A stretch of 64,000 bases of DNA from an uncultured Verrucomicrobiota bacterium. Its GTDB lineage: Bacteria > Verrucomicrobiota > Verrucomicrobiia > Limisphaerales > UBA9464. Below, in pieces: positions 50,785 through 59,262 of this stretch. Below the pieces are notes generated by a model. It was not told where the DNA came from, searched no databases, and saw only the letters and a program-made list of their open reading frames with translations. The translations under genes and the position numbers were made by a program. Every line of letters starts with the position of its first letter. Within the stretch, counting starts at the first letter, position 1. The stretch spans positions 22,265 through 86,264 of the forward strand of contig CAIRNV010000291.1 of NCBI GenBank assembly GCA_903880005.1. Direction: 5' to 3'.

Positions 50785-50800
50785 TGGCATCCGGGCTGCT
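50785..50800 (+). promoter_or_regulatory. sigma-54 (-24/-12) promoter
   Basis: TGGCAT-ccggg-CTGCT compares with the consensus TGGCAC-N5-TTGCW, and the GG-to-GC spacing is exact. It lies ~80 nt upstream of ATG 50881. Coordinates were checked against track ORF 50775..51263. Confidence 0.65.
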
Positions 50801-50880
50801 GATGGAAATCCAGACCCGTCGGAAGGCTCGCAAGAGCAAGCCTCAACACGGGAAATGTCAGCCAGTTAGAAAGGTTCATC

Positions 50881-51339
50881 ATGAAGCTGTTCCGTCACCT
50901 CGCCATCCTCGCCTCCACGGCAGTGGCCCTCGCCACCCTCGCCGGCGATCCCCCCACCCCGCCCTCCAAGCCCGACGACTCCCGCCCGGGTCGGCCCGCC
51001 GGCCCTGGCCGCCCCGGGATGGACATCCCCCGCATCGGCATCCCCAAGGGCGTCGAATTGCCCGAGGACGTGAAGAAGCTCGTCACCCAATACCAGGACG
51101 CCGCCAAGAAGTTCGCCGACGAGCAAAAGGCGCTCATCTCCCAACTCCGCGGCGCCACCGAGGAGGACAAGGCCAAGCTCAAGGAGCAGCTCAAGTCCAA
51201 TCGCGACAAGTTCCTCGAGGACACCAAGCAACTCCGCGCCGACATCCGCGAGCAGGTCCGTGACCTCCGCGCCAAGCTCAAGGAAAACGGCGGGGCCATC
51301 GATGGCGGCGCCGAGGGCAAGGGCAAGGGCCGCAACTAA
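50881..51339 (+). CDS. small secreted helical Lys/Glu-rich protein (152 aa)
   Basis: Signal peptide MKLFRHLAILASTAVALATLAG, then a Pro-rich linker, then a helical region LVTQYQDAAKKFADEQKALISQLRGATEEDKAKLKEQLKSNRDKFLEDTKQLRADIREQVRDLRAKLKE. It is flanked by a sigma-54 promoter and a terminator. Confidence 0.75.
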   Translation: MKLFRHLAILASTAVALATLAGDPPTPPSKPDDSRPGRPAGPGRPGMDIPRIGIPKGVELPEDVKKLVTQYQDAAKKFADEQKALISQLRGATEEDKAKLKEQLKSNRDKFLEDTKQLRADIREQVRDLRAKLKENGGAIDGGAEGKGKGRN

Positions 51340-51360
51340 CCCTCTTCAACGGGCTCACGC

Positions 51361-51395
51361 GCCGACGTCCAGGCATCCTGGGCGTCGGCTTTTTT
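51361..51395 (+). terminator. rho-independent terminator
   Basis: GCCGACGtCCAGG-catc-CCTGGgCGTCGGC is followed by T6 (51390..51395), 22 nt after the stop codon. Coordinates were checked against track ORF 51260..51478. Confidence 0.8.
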
Positions 51396-51474
51396 ATGGT
51401 CGGCTTCCCACGCCCTCCCGCCCGAGGCTTGACCCCATGACCGTTGTGCCGCCCGGCCCGGCCCGCGCCACGCC

Positions 51475-52680
51475 ATGACTTCCGCCGCCAACAACGCCCC
51501 CGCCTCACCGCGTCGTTCCATCGGGGCGCCGTGGCGAACGGGTTCGCAGGCCGCGGCGCGCATCCTCGCCATCATGGCGGCCGCGCGCATCGCGGCCGGT
51601 CCACCCGAGCTGCCGGGCGTCCATCCACAACCCGACGTCGGCCTCTTCTGGGACAGCCTCCTCACCCTCCGCACGGCCGGAGGGCAGAAGCAGAACGCCA
51701 TCTTGTCCGCCTTCAATCCGCAAGACACCCCCCTGCTCGTCGCCGGCATCGAATACTTCGTCTCGCGTCTCCCCGTCGATGGACACGGCTTCACCTTGTT
51801 CGTCTCGGGCGACGAACGCCGCTACCTGAACCCCGTCGAGGTCTCCCCCACCACCGCCGTCGTGCGGGGCGAGCGCACCGTCCTTTCCCAAGCATCCTAC
51901 AAGTGGTACGGCCGCACGTGGGTGCCTTCCATGGCCTTGACCTACCTCCATGCCGAGCAGGCCTTCGACGCGACCGAGATCGCCAGCGACCCGGGCTTCG
52001 TCCGCGCCATCGGCGACAGCATCATGCTTGCCCCGGCCCTGCGGTATCGATTCCCGGCCCACCTGTATGTCGAGGCCGGCCTCCCCGTGAACCGCCAGCT
52101 CTTCCAAGCCCCGGTTTCCAGCCATTGGGAGTACGGCCCCAAGGCACTCGTCGGCCTCGCCTACGGCACCAACTCGTCCGTGGAAATCTCCTTCCAAGAC
52201 ACGTCCCGCCCCTTCGATACCCGCCTCCAAACGGATCCGCTCGGCCAACCGCTGACGGGCACCCTCCTGACCACCCACGACCAGCGATACGAGGTCGCCT
52301 GGCGTCATACGTGGGATGCGCCCCATCGCTTCCAGACCACCCTCCGAGGCTTCCATGTGGCTCGCGCCGACAACGGCGCCGGCTACTCGGACTACACCCG
52401 TCGCGGCGTCGCGGTCGGCACCCGCTTCGACCTCGGACCCTGGGCGCTTCGTTCCCAAGCTCGTTGGTCCACCTACGACTTCGCGCGCCAGATCATCTCC
52501 GTCTTTGAGCCGATCCCGCGCACCCGCGTCGAGACGGATGTCGAGGCCCGAATCGAATACCGTTGGACCCCACGGGTTCGCACTTACGTGGAGTACTTTC
52601 ACGAACGACAGGACTCGAACGTCCCCGCCGACCGCTACCGATCCCACACGTGGCTTGGCGGCATGGAAATGGACTTCTAG
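51475..52680 (+). CDS. putative outer-membrane beta-barrel protein
   Basis: 401-aa ORF with alternating-polarity strands (RYEVAWRHTW, RFQTTLRGFHVAR, VAVGTRFDL, VEARIEYRW, VRTYVEYFH). The C-terminus is ...WLGGMEMDF, ending in an aromatic residue. The start codon is uncertain. Confidence 0.55.
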   Translation: MTSAANNAPASPRRSIGAPWRTGSQAAARILAIMAAARIAAGPPELPGVHPQPDVGLFWDSLLTLRTAGGQKQNAILSAFNPQDTPLLVAGIEYFVSRLPVDGHGFTLFVSGDERRYLNPVEVSPTTAVVRGERTVLSQASYKWYGRTWVPSMALTYLHAEQAFDATEIASDPGFVRAIGDSIMLAPALRYRFPAHLYVEAGLPVNRQLFQAPVSSHWEYGPKALVGLAYGTNSSVEISFQDTSRPFDTRLQTDPLGQPLTGTLLTTHDQRYEVAWRHTWDAPHRFQTTLRGFHVARADNGAGYSDYTRRGVAVGTRFDLGPWALRSQARWSTYDFARQIISVFEPIPRTRVETDVEARIEYRWTPRVRTYVEYFHERQDSNVPADRYRSHTWLGGMEMDF

Positions 52681-52698
52681 CCCCCGTCCTCAGCACCC

Positions 52699-54048
52699 AT
52701 GCAACCCCACGGCACCCCGGACAACCGCCGCCGCCTCCACCCCGGCACCACCGTCATCCTCGCGGCCCTCCTCCTCCTCGCCGTCGCCATCGCTGCGGTC
52801 TTGCTCCCATTCCGCCAGCAACTCCGCCAGCAACTCGCCCACCGCGACGCCTCGGTGCTCGCAGCTCTCGTCCAACAACGCCTGTCCGAACCCCGTCCCG
52901 GACAAGCCGAGGATCCCCTGGCCGCCGTCCTCGACGCCTCCGTCGTCCCCGAATTGCCCGGGCTCCTCGAACTCCATCTCTTCAGCCCCGAGGGCCGCCC
53001 CTTCGTCACCCTCCTCGGTGCCGCCGAATCCCGGCCCGGCCATTCACCATGGTCCGGCGCCGACAACATCCCGTCCTCCCCGAGCCCGAGGTTCCTCCAG
53101 GGCCCACCCCCTCGCATGGACCTTTGGCTTCCTCTTCGGCCCAACGGCCAATCCGAGATCCTCGGGATTGCCTACCTCGCCTTCGACGCGTCCAGCCTGG
53201 CATCCGAATTCGAGATCCTCGATCGCCGCCTTGCCCGTCGCGGAGGGTTCGCCTTCCTGCTCGTGGGTTCTCTCCTCGCCGCCGCCCTTGCTCTCGCGTT
53301 CCAACGCCTCGAGGCCGCCAATCGCAAACTCGCCGCGCGCTCCCACGAACTCGAGGCCGCCAACCGCGAACTCTCCCTCGCCGCCCGCACCTCCGCCATC
53401 GGAGCCGTCGCCTCCCACCTCGTCCACGGACTCCGAAACCCCCTCGCCGCACTCCAGCACGCCGTCGCGTCCGGCACCCACCCCGCCGAGGCCGCCGACC
53501 CCGCCCGCCGCATGCGCTCCATGATCGACGACGTCGTCCGCGTCCTCCGCGATGAGCAAGGCATCGACGGCTTTGAGATTCCCATGGACGAAATCCTCGC
53601 CGAGGCCGCGCGCAAGGCCCGCCTCCAGGCACCCGAGGCCGCCTCGATCCAATGGAACCTCGAAGCCAAGCCCGGCCCGGCCCTCGACAACCGCGCCGCC
53701 AACCTCTGCCTGCTCATCCTCGAAAACCTGTGCGTCAACGCAGCCCAAGCCCTCCATGGCCGCGGACGCATCGCCCTCGCCGCCTCCCCCACCCCCGACC
53801 ATGGATGGCGCATCAACGTCGAGGACAACGGTCCCGGCCTCCCCGAGGACGCCCGGCAACGGCTCTTCATCCCCCAAGCCTCCTCCAAGTCCGGCGGCTC
53901 CGGCCTCGGCCTCGCCTTGAGCCGACACCTCGCACGTCAACTCGGCGGCGACCTTCTCCTGGAAGATTCACGCCCGGGACTCACCCGGTTCGTCCTCGCC
54001 CTCCCGCCGCCTCGCAGCCCAGCCACCCACCACCCATCGCTCAATTGA
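52699..54048 (+). CDS. sensor histidine kinase
   Basis: 449-aa ORF with two TM segments flanking a periplasmic region. A coiled coil is followed by the H-box VASHLVHGLRNPL, the N-box NLCVNAAQAL, the G1 box VEDNGPGLP and the G2 box GGSGLGLALSR. Confidence 0.85.
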   Translation: MQPHGTPDNRRRLHPGTTVILAALLLLAVAIAAVLLPFRQQLRQQLAHRDASVLAALVQQRLSEPRPGQAEDPLAAVLDASVVPELPGLLELHLFSPEGRPFVTLLGAAESRPGHSPWSGADNIPSSPSPRFLQGPPPRMDLWLPLRPNGQSEILGIAYLAFDASSLASEFEILDRRLARRGGFAFLLVGSLLAAALALAFQRLEAANRKLAARSHELEAANRELSLAARTSAIGAVASHLVHGLRNPLAALQHAVASGTHPAEAADPARRMRSMIDDVVRVLRDEQGIDGFEIPMDEILAEAARKARLQAPEAASIQWNLEAKPGPALDNRAANLCLLILENLCVNAAQALHGRGRIALAASPTPDHGWRINVEDNGPGLPEDARQRLFIPQASSKSGGSGLGLALSRHLARQLGGDLLLEDSRPGLTRFVLALPPPRSPATHHPSLN

Positions 54049-54083
54049 CGCCCCGACGTTCCACCGTAGGGTGCCCCCCGTTC

Positions 54084-55319
54084 ATGGAACACGACGCCTC
54101 GTCCGCTACGCCCCCTTCATCCCCGGAGTTCCTCGCCCTCAAGGACTTCCGCCCTTCAGGCCGCGGGCCATGGAACCATGTCCCGGACTCCGATTGGAAC
54201 GACTGGCGCTGGCAAATGAAGAACCGCGTCACCTCCGTCGAGCAACTCGATCGCCTCCTCCCAAGCCTCGCCCCGGCTGAACGCGCCGGGGCCATCCTCG
54301 CCGGCCAATCCAAGCTCGCCCTCGGCATCACCCCGCATTTCTTCTCCCTCATTGATCCGGCCGACCCCCACTGCCCCATCCGTTGGCAGGTCGTCCCACG
54401 CCTCGATGAAACCCACCGTGCCCCATGGGAGATGTCCGACCCCTGCGGCGAGGACTCGCATTCGCCCGTCCCGGGCCTGGTCCATCGTTACCCCGACCGC
54501 GTCCTCTTCCTGGTAACTGATCGCTGCGCTTCCTACTGCCGGTACTGCACCCGGTCGCGCCTTGTCAGCAACGCCAGCGGCTACGACTTCCACCCGGAAT
54601 TCGATCGCCAGATCCAATACATCGCCTCCAACCCCTCCATCCGCGACGTCCTCCTCAGCGGGGGCGATCCCCTCCTCCTCTCCGACGACAAGCTCGCCGA
54701 GCTGCTCGGACGACTCCGCGCCATCCCCCACGTCGAGTTCGTCCGCATTGGCTCCCGCGTCCCCGTCTTCCTCCCCCAACGCATCACGGCCGCCCTGTGC
54801 GAAACCCTCCGCAAGTTCCATCCCCTCTTCATCTCCATCCACGCCAATCACCCGCGTGAACTCACCACCGAGGTCCGCGACGCCCTCGGTCGCCTCGCCG
54901 ACGCCGGCATCCCCCTGGGCAACCAGTCCGTCCTTCTTCGCCACGTCAACGACTCCCCAGAGGTCATGCGCGCCCTCGTCCATAAGCTCCTCCTCTGCCG
55001 CGTCCGGCCCTACTACCTGTACCAATGCGACCTCATTGCGGGGAGCGCCCACCTCCGGGCCAGCGTCGAGCAAGGACTCCAAATCATGGAATCCCTCCGC
55101 GGCCACACCACCGGCTATGCCGTGCCCCAATACGTCATCGACGCCCCGGGCGGCGGCGGCAAAATCCCCGTCAATCCCCCCTACACGCTCGCCCGCCAAC
55201 CCGGCCGAATCCTCGTCCGCAATTTCGAGGGTCGCGTCTTCGAGTATCCCGACGGCGATAACCCGCGCTTTGCCCAACCGGTCCAGGACACCCCCCGCCC
55301 GTCCTTCGACCGGGATTAA
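54084..55319 (+). CDS. kamA: KamA-family radical SAM protein (lysine 2,3-aminomutase-like)
   Basis: ATG at 54084 inside ORF 53652..55319. Contains the radical SAM motif TDRCASYCRYCTRS, SGGDPLLL, and typical KamA blocks (ITPHFFSLID, RPYYLYQCDL, VIDAPGGGGK). Confidence 0.85.
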   Translation: MEHDASSATPPSSPEFLALKDFRPSGRGPWNHVPDSDWNDWRWQMKNRVTSVEQLDRLLPSLAPAERAGAILAGQSKLALGITPHFFSLIDPADPHCPIRWQVVPRLDETHRAPWEMSDPCGEDSHSPVPGLVHRYPDRVLFLVTDRCASYCRYCTRSRLVSNASGYDFHPEFDRQIQYIASNPSIRDVLLSGGDPLLLSDDKLAELLGRLRAIPHVEFVRIGSRVPVFLPQRITAALCETLRKFHPLFISIHANHPRELTTEVRDALGRLADAGIPLGNQSVLLRHVNDSPEVMRALVHKLLLCRVRPYYLYQCDLIAGSAHLRASVEQGLQIMESLRGHTTGYAVPQYVIDAPGGGGKIPVNPPYTLARQPGRILVRNFEGRVFEYPDGDNPRFAQPVQDTPRPSFDRD

Positions 55320-55438
55320 GGGACGGGCTTCGTGCATTGCGGCACAGGACCAAGCATCGACGAGGATCTGGCCAAGGGAGCCCCAACCTTCACGACCGAC
55401 CCCATCCAATCGATTTGGCTAATCTCTCCGAACTGCCC

Positions 55439-55948
55439 ATGCCCAACGCCCGCGCATCCCTTGCCTTGGTCGCGCTCGCATGCATCGCCGCCGCCAGGGC
55501 GGCCCAGACAACGCCCGAAACACCGCCCACCGAACCCCCGCCCCCTCCCCGCTCGTCCGTAGCCAAGGCCCGGTCCGGCGTCACCCGCCCCTTCGGCAAT
55601 GGCACGATCACCCGCCGGTCCGATGCCACCACCTCCACCACCCGGCCCTTCGGCGGCGGATCCATCACCCGCGAGCACCCCGCAAAAGGCAAGCCCCTCA
55701 GCGCCTCCACCCGGCCCTTCGGAACCGGCACGATCACGCGCTGGTCCGACGGGACCACCACTCAAACGCGTCCGTTTGGCAACGGAACCGTCATCACCCA
55801 ATCCAAGCCCGGCCAACAAACCGTCCGGGGACAATCGCGCCCTTATGGAACAGGCTCCATCACCACATGGAGCGACGGGTCCCGAAGCACGACGCGTCCC
55901 TTTGGCCAGGGCGTCCTTCAGCAGGACCAGCCACCCAAGAAACCCTGA
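55439..55948 (+). CDS. secreted tandem-repeat protein (six RP[FY]GxG repeats)
   Basis: The internal ATG at 55439 gives the signal peptide MPNARASLALVALACIAAARAAQ. Six repeats follow: TRPFGNGTITRRSD, TRPFGGGSITRE, TRPFGTGTITRWSDG, TRPFGNGTVITQ, SRPYGTGSITTWSDG and TRPFGQGVL. Confidence 0.7.
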   Translation: MPNARASLALVALACIAAARAAQTTPETPPTEPPPPPRSSVAKARSGVTRPFGNGTITRRSDATTSTTRPFGGGSITREHPAKGKPLSASTRPFGTGTITRWSDGTTTQTRPFGNGTVITQSKPGQQTVRGQSRPYGTGSITTWSDGSRSTTRPFGQGVLQQDQPPKKP

Positions 55949-56040
55949 CGTCATCGCAGCTTAACGGGCACGGATCAGGGAGGGGGGGCGGCACCCATGC
56001 GCGGGATGGCGAGCGAAGCACGAGGCTTTAGCTGAAGGGG

Positions 56041-56077
56041 CCAGCAAGCACGACCGACCTCATTGAATCGTCCCGGC
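56041..56077. repeat. fragment of the MITE-like element (copy 8)
   Basis: ccagcaagcacgaccgacctcattgaatcgtcccggc matches the right end of the long form. It is preceded by gaggctttagctgaa, which resembles 57422..57436. Confidence 0.5.
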
Positions 56078-56160
56078 CCAACCTTGGAGGAAGCCCAAGT
56101 CCTGCGGTTGCACTTTCAGGCCGTTCCCCGCAGGCTGCCCGCGACTTTTGGAACGAAGAA

Positions 56161-57243
56161 ATGAAACCTGTCTTGAGCATCCCTTCCGGCGGGGCGCTGG
56201 ATTTCCTGTCCCTCGGCGCCCTCGTGCATCGACTCGACCCCGGCATCATTCCGTTTCGCAAGGCCACCGAGTGCAAAATCCACGTCAGCGGCGGTGAGTT
56301 TAATTGCGCGGCCAACCTCCAGGATTGCTTCCGCCTCAATACCGGCATCGCCACCGCGATGGCGGATTACCCCATCGGCGACCTCATCGCCGAGCGCGTG
56401 CGTGCCATGGGCGTGAAACCCTTCTACAAGCGGTTCAAGCATAACGGCGTCAACGGCCCCAACATGGCCACCGTCTATAGCGACCAAGGGCTCGGGGTGC
56501 GCGCCCCCGTCGTCTTCTACAACCGGAGCAACGAGGCCGCCGCCCAGCTCAAGCCCGGCGACTTCAACTGGAGCGAAATCTTCGGTGCAGGCGTCCGTTG
56601 GTTCCATAGCGGCGGCATCTTCGCCGCGCTCTCCCAAACCACCGGCGACCTCATCATCGAGGCCATGAAGGCCGCCAAGGCGGCCGGCGCGGTCACCTCC
56701 TTCGACCTCAATTACCGCGAGAAGCTCTGGAACATCTGGGGTGGCCAGGAAAAGGCCTTGTCGGTCATGAAGCGCATCGTCGAGCACGTGGACGTCCTCG
56801 TGGGCAACGAGGAGGACTTGCAAAAGGGCCTCGGCTTGAAGGGCCCCGATGTCCACGCCGCGTCCAAGCTCGACCCGTCCGTCTTCGTCGCCATGATGGA
56901 CGACGTCGTCAGGAGCTTCCCCCAGGTCAAGGTCGTCGCCACCACCCTCCGCGAGGTCCATTCCACCAACCGACATAGCTGGGGCGCCGTCGCATGGATG
57001 GACGGCCAGACCTACCAAGCGCCCACCTGCGAACTGGACGTGCACGACCGCGTTGGGGGAGGCGACGGGTTTGCCTCGGGCCTGTTCTACGGCCTGCTGG
57101 CAGGCGAGCCGCCTAAGGAATGCGTGAAGCTAGGATGGGCCCACGGGGCTTTGCTCACCACGTTCCCCGGCGACACCACCATGGCCACCCTCGAGCAAGT
57201 CAAGGCCTTCGCCCAAGGCGGATCGGCTCGAATCCAAAGGTGA
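56161..57243 (+). CDS. PfkB-family carbohydrate kinase (KdgK-like)
   Basis: 360-aa ORF with the C-terminal PfkB signature DRVGGGDGFASGLFYGLL and mid-protein FDLNYREKLW. Confidence 0.8.
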   Translation: MKPVLSIPSGGALDFLSLGALVHRLDPGIIPFRKATECKIHVSGGEFNCAANLQDCFRLNTGIATAMADYPIGDLIAERVRAMGVKPFYKRFKHNGVNGPNMATVYSDQGLGVRAPVVFYNRSNEAAAQLKPGDFNWSEIFGAGVRWFHSGGIFAALSQTTGDLIIEAMKAAKAAGAVTSFDLNYREKLWNIWGGQEKALSVMKRIVEHVDVLVGNEEDLQKGLGLKGPDVHAASKLDPSVFVAMMDDVVRSFPQVKVVATTLREVHSTNRHSWGAVAWMDGQTYQAPTCELDVHDRVGGGDGFASGLFYGLLAGEPPKECVKLGWAHGALLTTFPGDTTMATLEQVKAFAQGGSARIQR

Positions 57244-57247
57244 CCTA

Positions 57248-57414
57248 AGCCGGAACGATGCTGTTGGGAGGGAAGTGATTGCGAAGCAGATGCTTCCGCA
57301 AGCCGAGGAGTGAGCGAGGCGCGGGCCGGCACGAGGCCCGTAACGAGCGAAGGACGAAGGATTTGCGCAAGCAGATCGAGCAAGCACGACCGATCCAACT
57401 GAATCGTCCCGGCT
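57248..57414. repeat. MITE-like element, long form (copy 9)
   Basis: agccggaacgatgctgttgggagggaagtgattgcgaagcagatgc...gcaagcagatcgagcaagcacgaccgatccaactgaatcgtcccggct. It lies 4 nt after the kinase stop and is near-identical to 19113..19279. Confidence 0.85.
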
Positions 57415-57435
57415 AAGCCGGGAGGCTTTAACCTG

Positions 57436-57700
57436 AAACCGGCAGTGGGTGTGGGGATCCGTCAGGCCCTCAGGTCGAGCCAAAGGCTTGGCTCATGCTG
57501 TAGGCCGCGTGCCCTCACGCGGCGGCAAGGATGCCGCACCACCGGGCGTCCCTGGGGAGGAGTGGCGGCGGCATCCTGCCGCTGGTGCATGCTGGGCAAG
57601 CGGCTGGAAGCCGCTTCCACCTTACCTTGGCCTTTATGGAAGGGGGCAGTAGGCCGGGTTCCCCCACCCGGCGGACGGAGCTGCTGAACCCCTACCGGTT
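57436..57700. repeat. GC-hairpin mosaic element, copy B
   Basis: The core 57436..57585 aligns with 31849..31999. It is followed by hairpin AAGCGGCT-GGA-AGCCGCTT (shared with 12.2 kb) and hairpin CCGGGTt-ccccc-ACCCGG. Confidence 0.7.
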
Positions 57701-57768
57701 AGGCTGCCTCTGACCGGCCACAGCCGCAGGGCTCGGGGGGGCGTCACGCAAGCTCGGCAGACGCAGCC

Positions 57769-58569
57769 CTATTTGGGCAACGACTCGACCAAGGCCTTGA
57801 TCTCGGCGGCAGGCAACTTGAGCAAGGCCTCCTTGATCTGGGCCGGTGTCATGGACGCCGAGGCACCCGCGGCCGCCCCTCCACCCTTCACGGGCACCGC
57901 CTCCAACTCCGCAGCGGCATAGGCATCGGCCTTTGCGGCCGTCTCCTTGCGAATGGCCGCAACCTCCGTCGCCGTGACCGCCGAGGCCTTGTTGCCCCAG
58001 CTATTGCGAATGTACGTGAGAACGTCCGCAATCTGCCCGTCGTCCAAGCTGTCCTTGAACGCGTTCATTTGGTTGTTGTAGTCGGCACCCTTCACCTTCA
58101 CGGGTCCCGCAAGGCCATTGAGCACAATGCGCGCAATGCGGTTGGGCCCCTCCGCCAACACCCACTCCGAACCCGCCAAGGGCGGAAATTGGTTCGGCAA
58201 TCCATTGCCGTCGGCCTGGTGACACGGCTGGCAATACGTCGTGAAAACAATCGCCCCAGCCTTGGCCTGCTTGGCCACCGGATCCTCCGCGCCGCCACCC
58301 CCCTCGACGGGCGGCGGCACCGGGTTGATTTGCGTCTCCGAAAATTCGTCAGCCCTGAAGCCTCCCGAGAAATGCGTCAGGTAGCTGCCCGCCCAAAACA
58401 CCAGGACGCCGATGAAGACCACCAGCCAAAGGTTCAATGGCTCCCGCCCCTCGATCGGCTCGGGCCGCTCGCGCAACACCGCCGCGTGCAACTCAACCAC
58501 GTCGGTCGCCTCGCCCCGATCCAATCCAGGACCGCCGCCCGATGCGGTAATGTGCCTGTCAGCGCTCAT
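57769..58569 (-). CDS. membrane-anchored monoheme c-type cytochrome (CcoP-position subunit of the cbb3 cluster)
   Basis: 266-aa ORF with TM segment LWLVVFIGVLVFWAGSY and heme motif CQPCHQADGNG. Its ATG overlaps the ccoO stop as ATGA. Confidence 0.75.
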   Translation of the reverse strand: MSADRHITASGGGPGLDRGEATDVVELHAAVLRERPEPIEGREPLNLWLVVFIGVLVFWAGSYLTHFSGGFRADEFSETQINPVPPPVEGGGGAEDPVAKQAKAGAIVFTTYCQPCHQADGNGLPNQFPPLAGSEWVLAEGPNRIARIVLNGLAGPVKVKGADYNNQMNAFKDSLDDGQIADVLTYIRNSWGNKASAVTATEVAAIRKETAAKADAYAAAELEAVPVKGGGAAAGASASMTPAQIKEALLKLPAAEIKALVESLPK

Positions 58570-59258
58570 TTGGAAGCAGGAGTATTAGTGGCCGTGGCCG
58601 AGGACTTGGCGTCATCGGACTCGCCCTTGCGGGGCAACGGCGCCTCGGGCAACGGCGAGCTGGTCTTAAGGCTTCGCAGGTAGGCCACCAGTTGCTTGGC
58701 CGCCGCCGTCGGCACCACCTCGAAACCCGCCGGAGCCGCATGCTCGCCCGACAGCTTCAAGGCGTCCGCCGACGGCCCGCGCGCGCCAACCGGCCGAACC
58801 TCAAACAAGAATGGATACGGCGGCATCACGCTGCCCTTCGACGTGATCTGGGGATTGTACAAGTGCGACAGATGCCACTCAACGCTGGGCTGCCGCTCCC
58901 CGATGTTCGTCAGGTCCGGCCCCGTCCGCGATGTCCCCAGCATCACCGGCTTGTCGTAAATGTAGTCACGGCTCACTGTTCGACGCTTGCCCCAGCCCCT
59001 TTCGATGTCCGATCCAAATCCCTCCGGACGCACCTGCTGGCTGTGGCAATAGACGCAGCCCAAGGACCGGTAAATCTCGGCACCCTGCTGGGCCTCGCCC
59101 GGCCGTGCCTGCGGATACACCACCACCACGCCCGCCGCGTTCGTGCTGGTGTCGGGGGTCAAGCCGCCCAATTGGCGGTTCGGCATCAAGACCAAGCCCA
59201 CCCAGCTCGACGCCAGCGTGAACAAGATGCCAAGGAACAGTAGGGGTCCGTAGTTCAT
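58566..59258 (-). CDS. ccoO: cbb3-type cytochrome c oxidase subunit II (CcoO/FixO)
   Basis: The first codon of track ORF 58566..59279 is TTG, so I prefer ATG 59258 (MNYGPLLFLGILF). Contains GAEIYRSLGCVYCHSQQVR and GPDLTNIG. Confidence 0.85.
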   Translation of the reverse strand: MNYGPLLFLGILFTLASSWVGLVLMPNRQLGGLTPDTSTNAAGVVVVYPQARPGEAQQGAEIYRSLGCVYCHSQQVRPEGFGSDIERGWGKRRTVSRDYIYDKPVMLGTSRTGPDLTNIGERQPSVEWHLSHLYNPQITSKGSVMPPYPFLFEVRPVGARGPSADALKLSGEHAAPAGFEVVPTAAAKQLVAYLRSLKTSSPLPEAPLPRKGESDDAKSSATATNTPASK

Positions 59259-59262
59259 GGCC

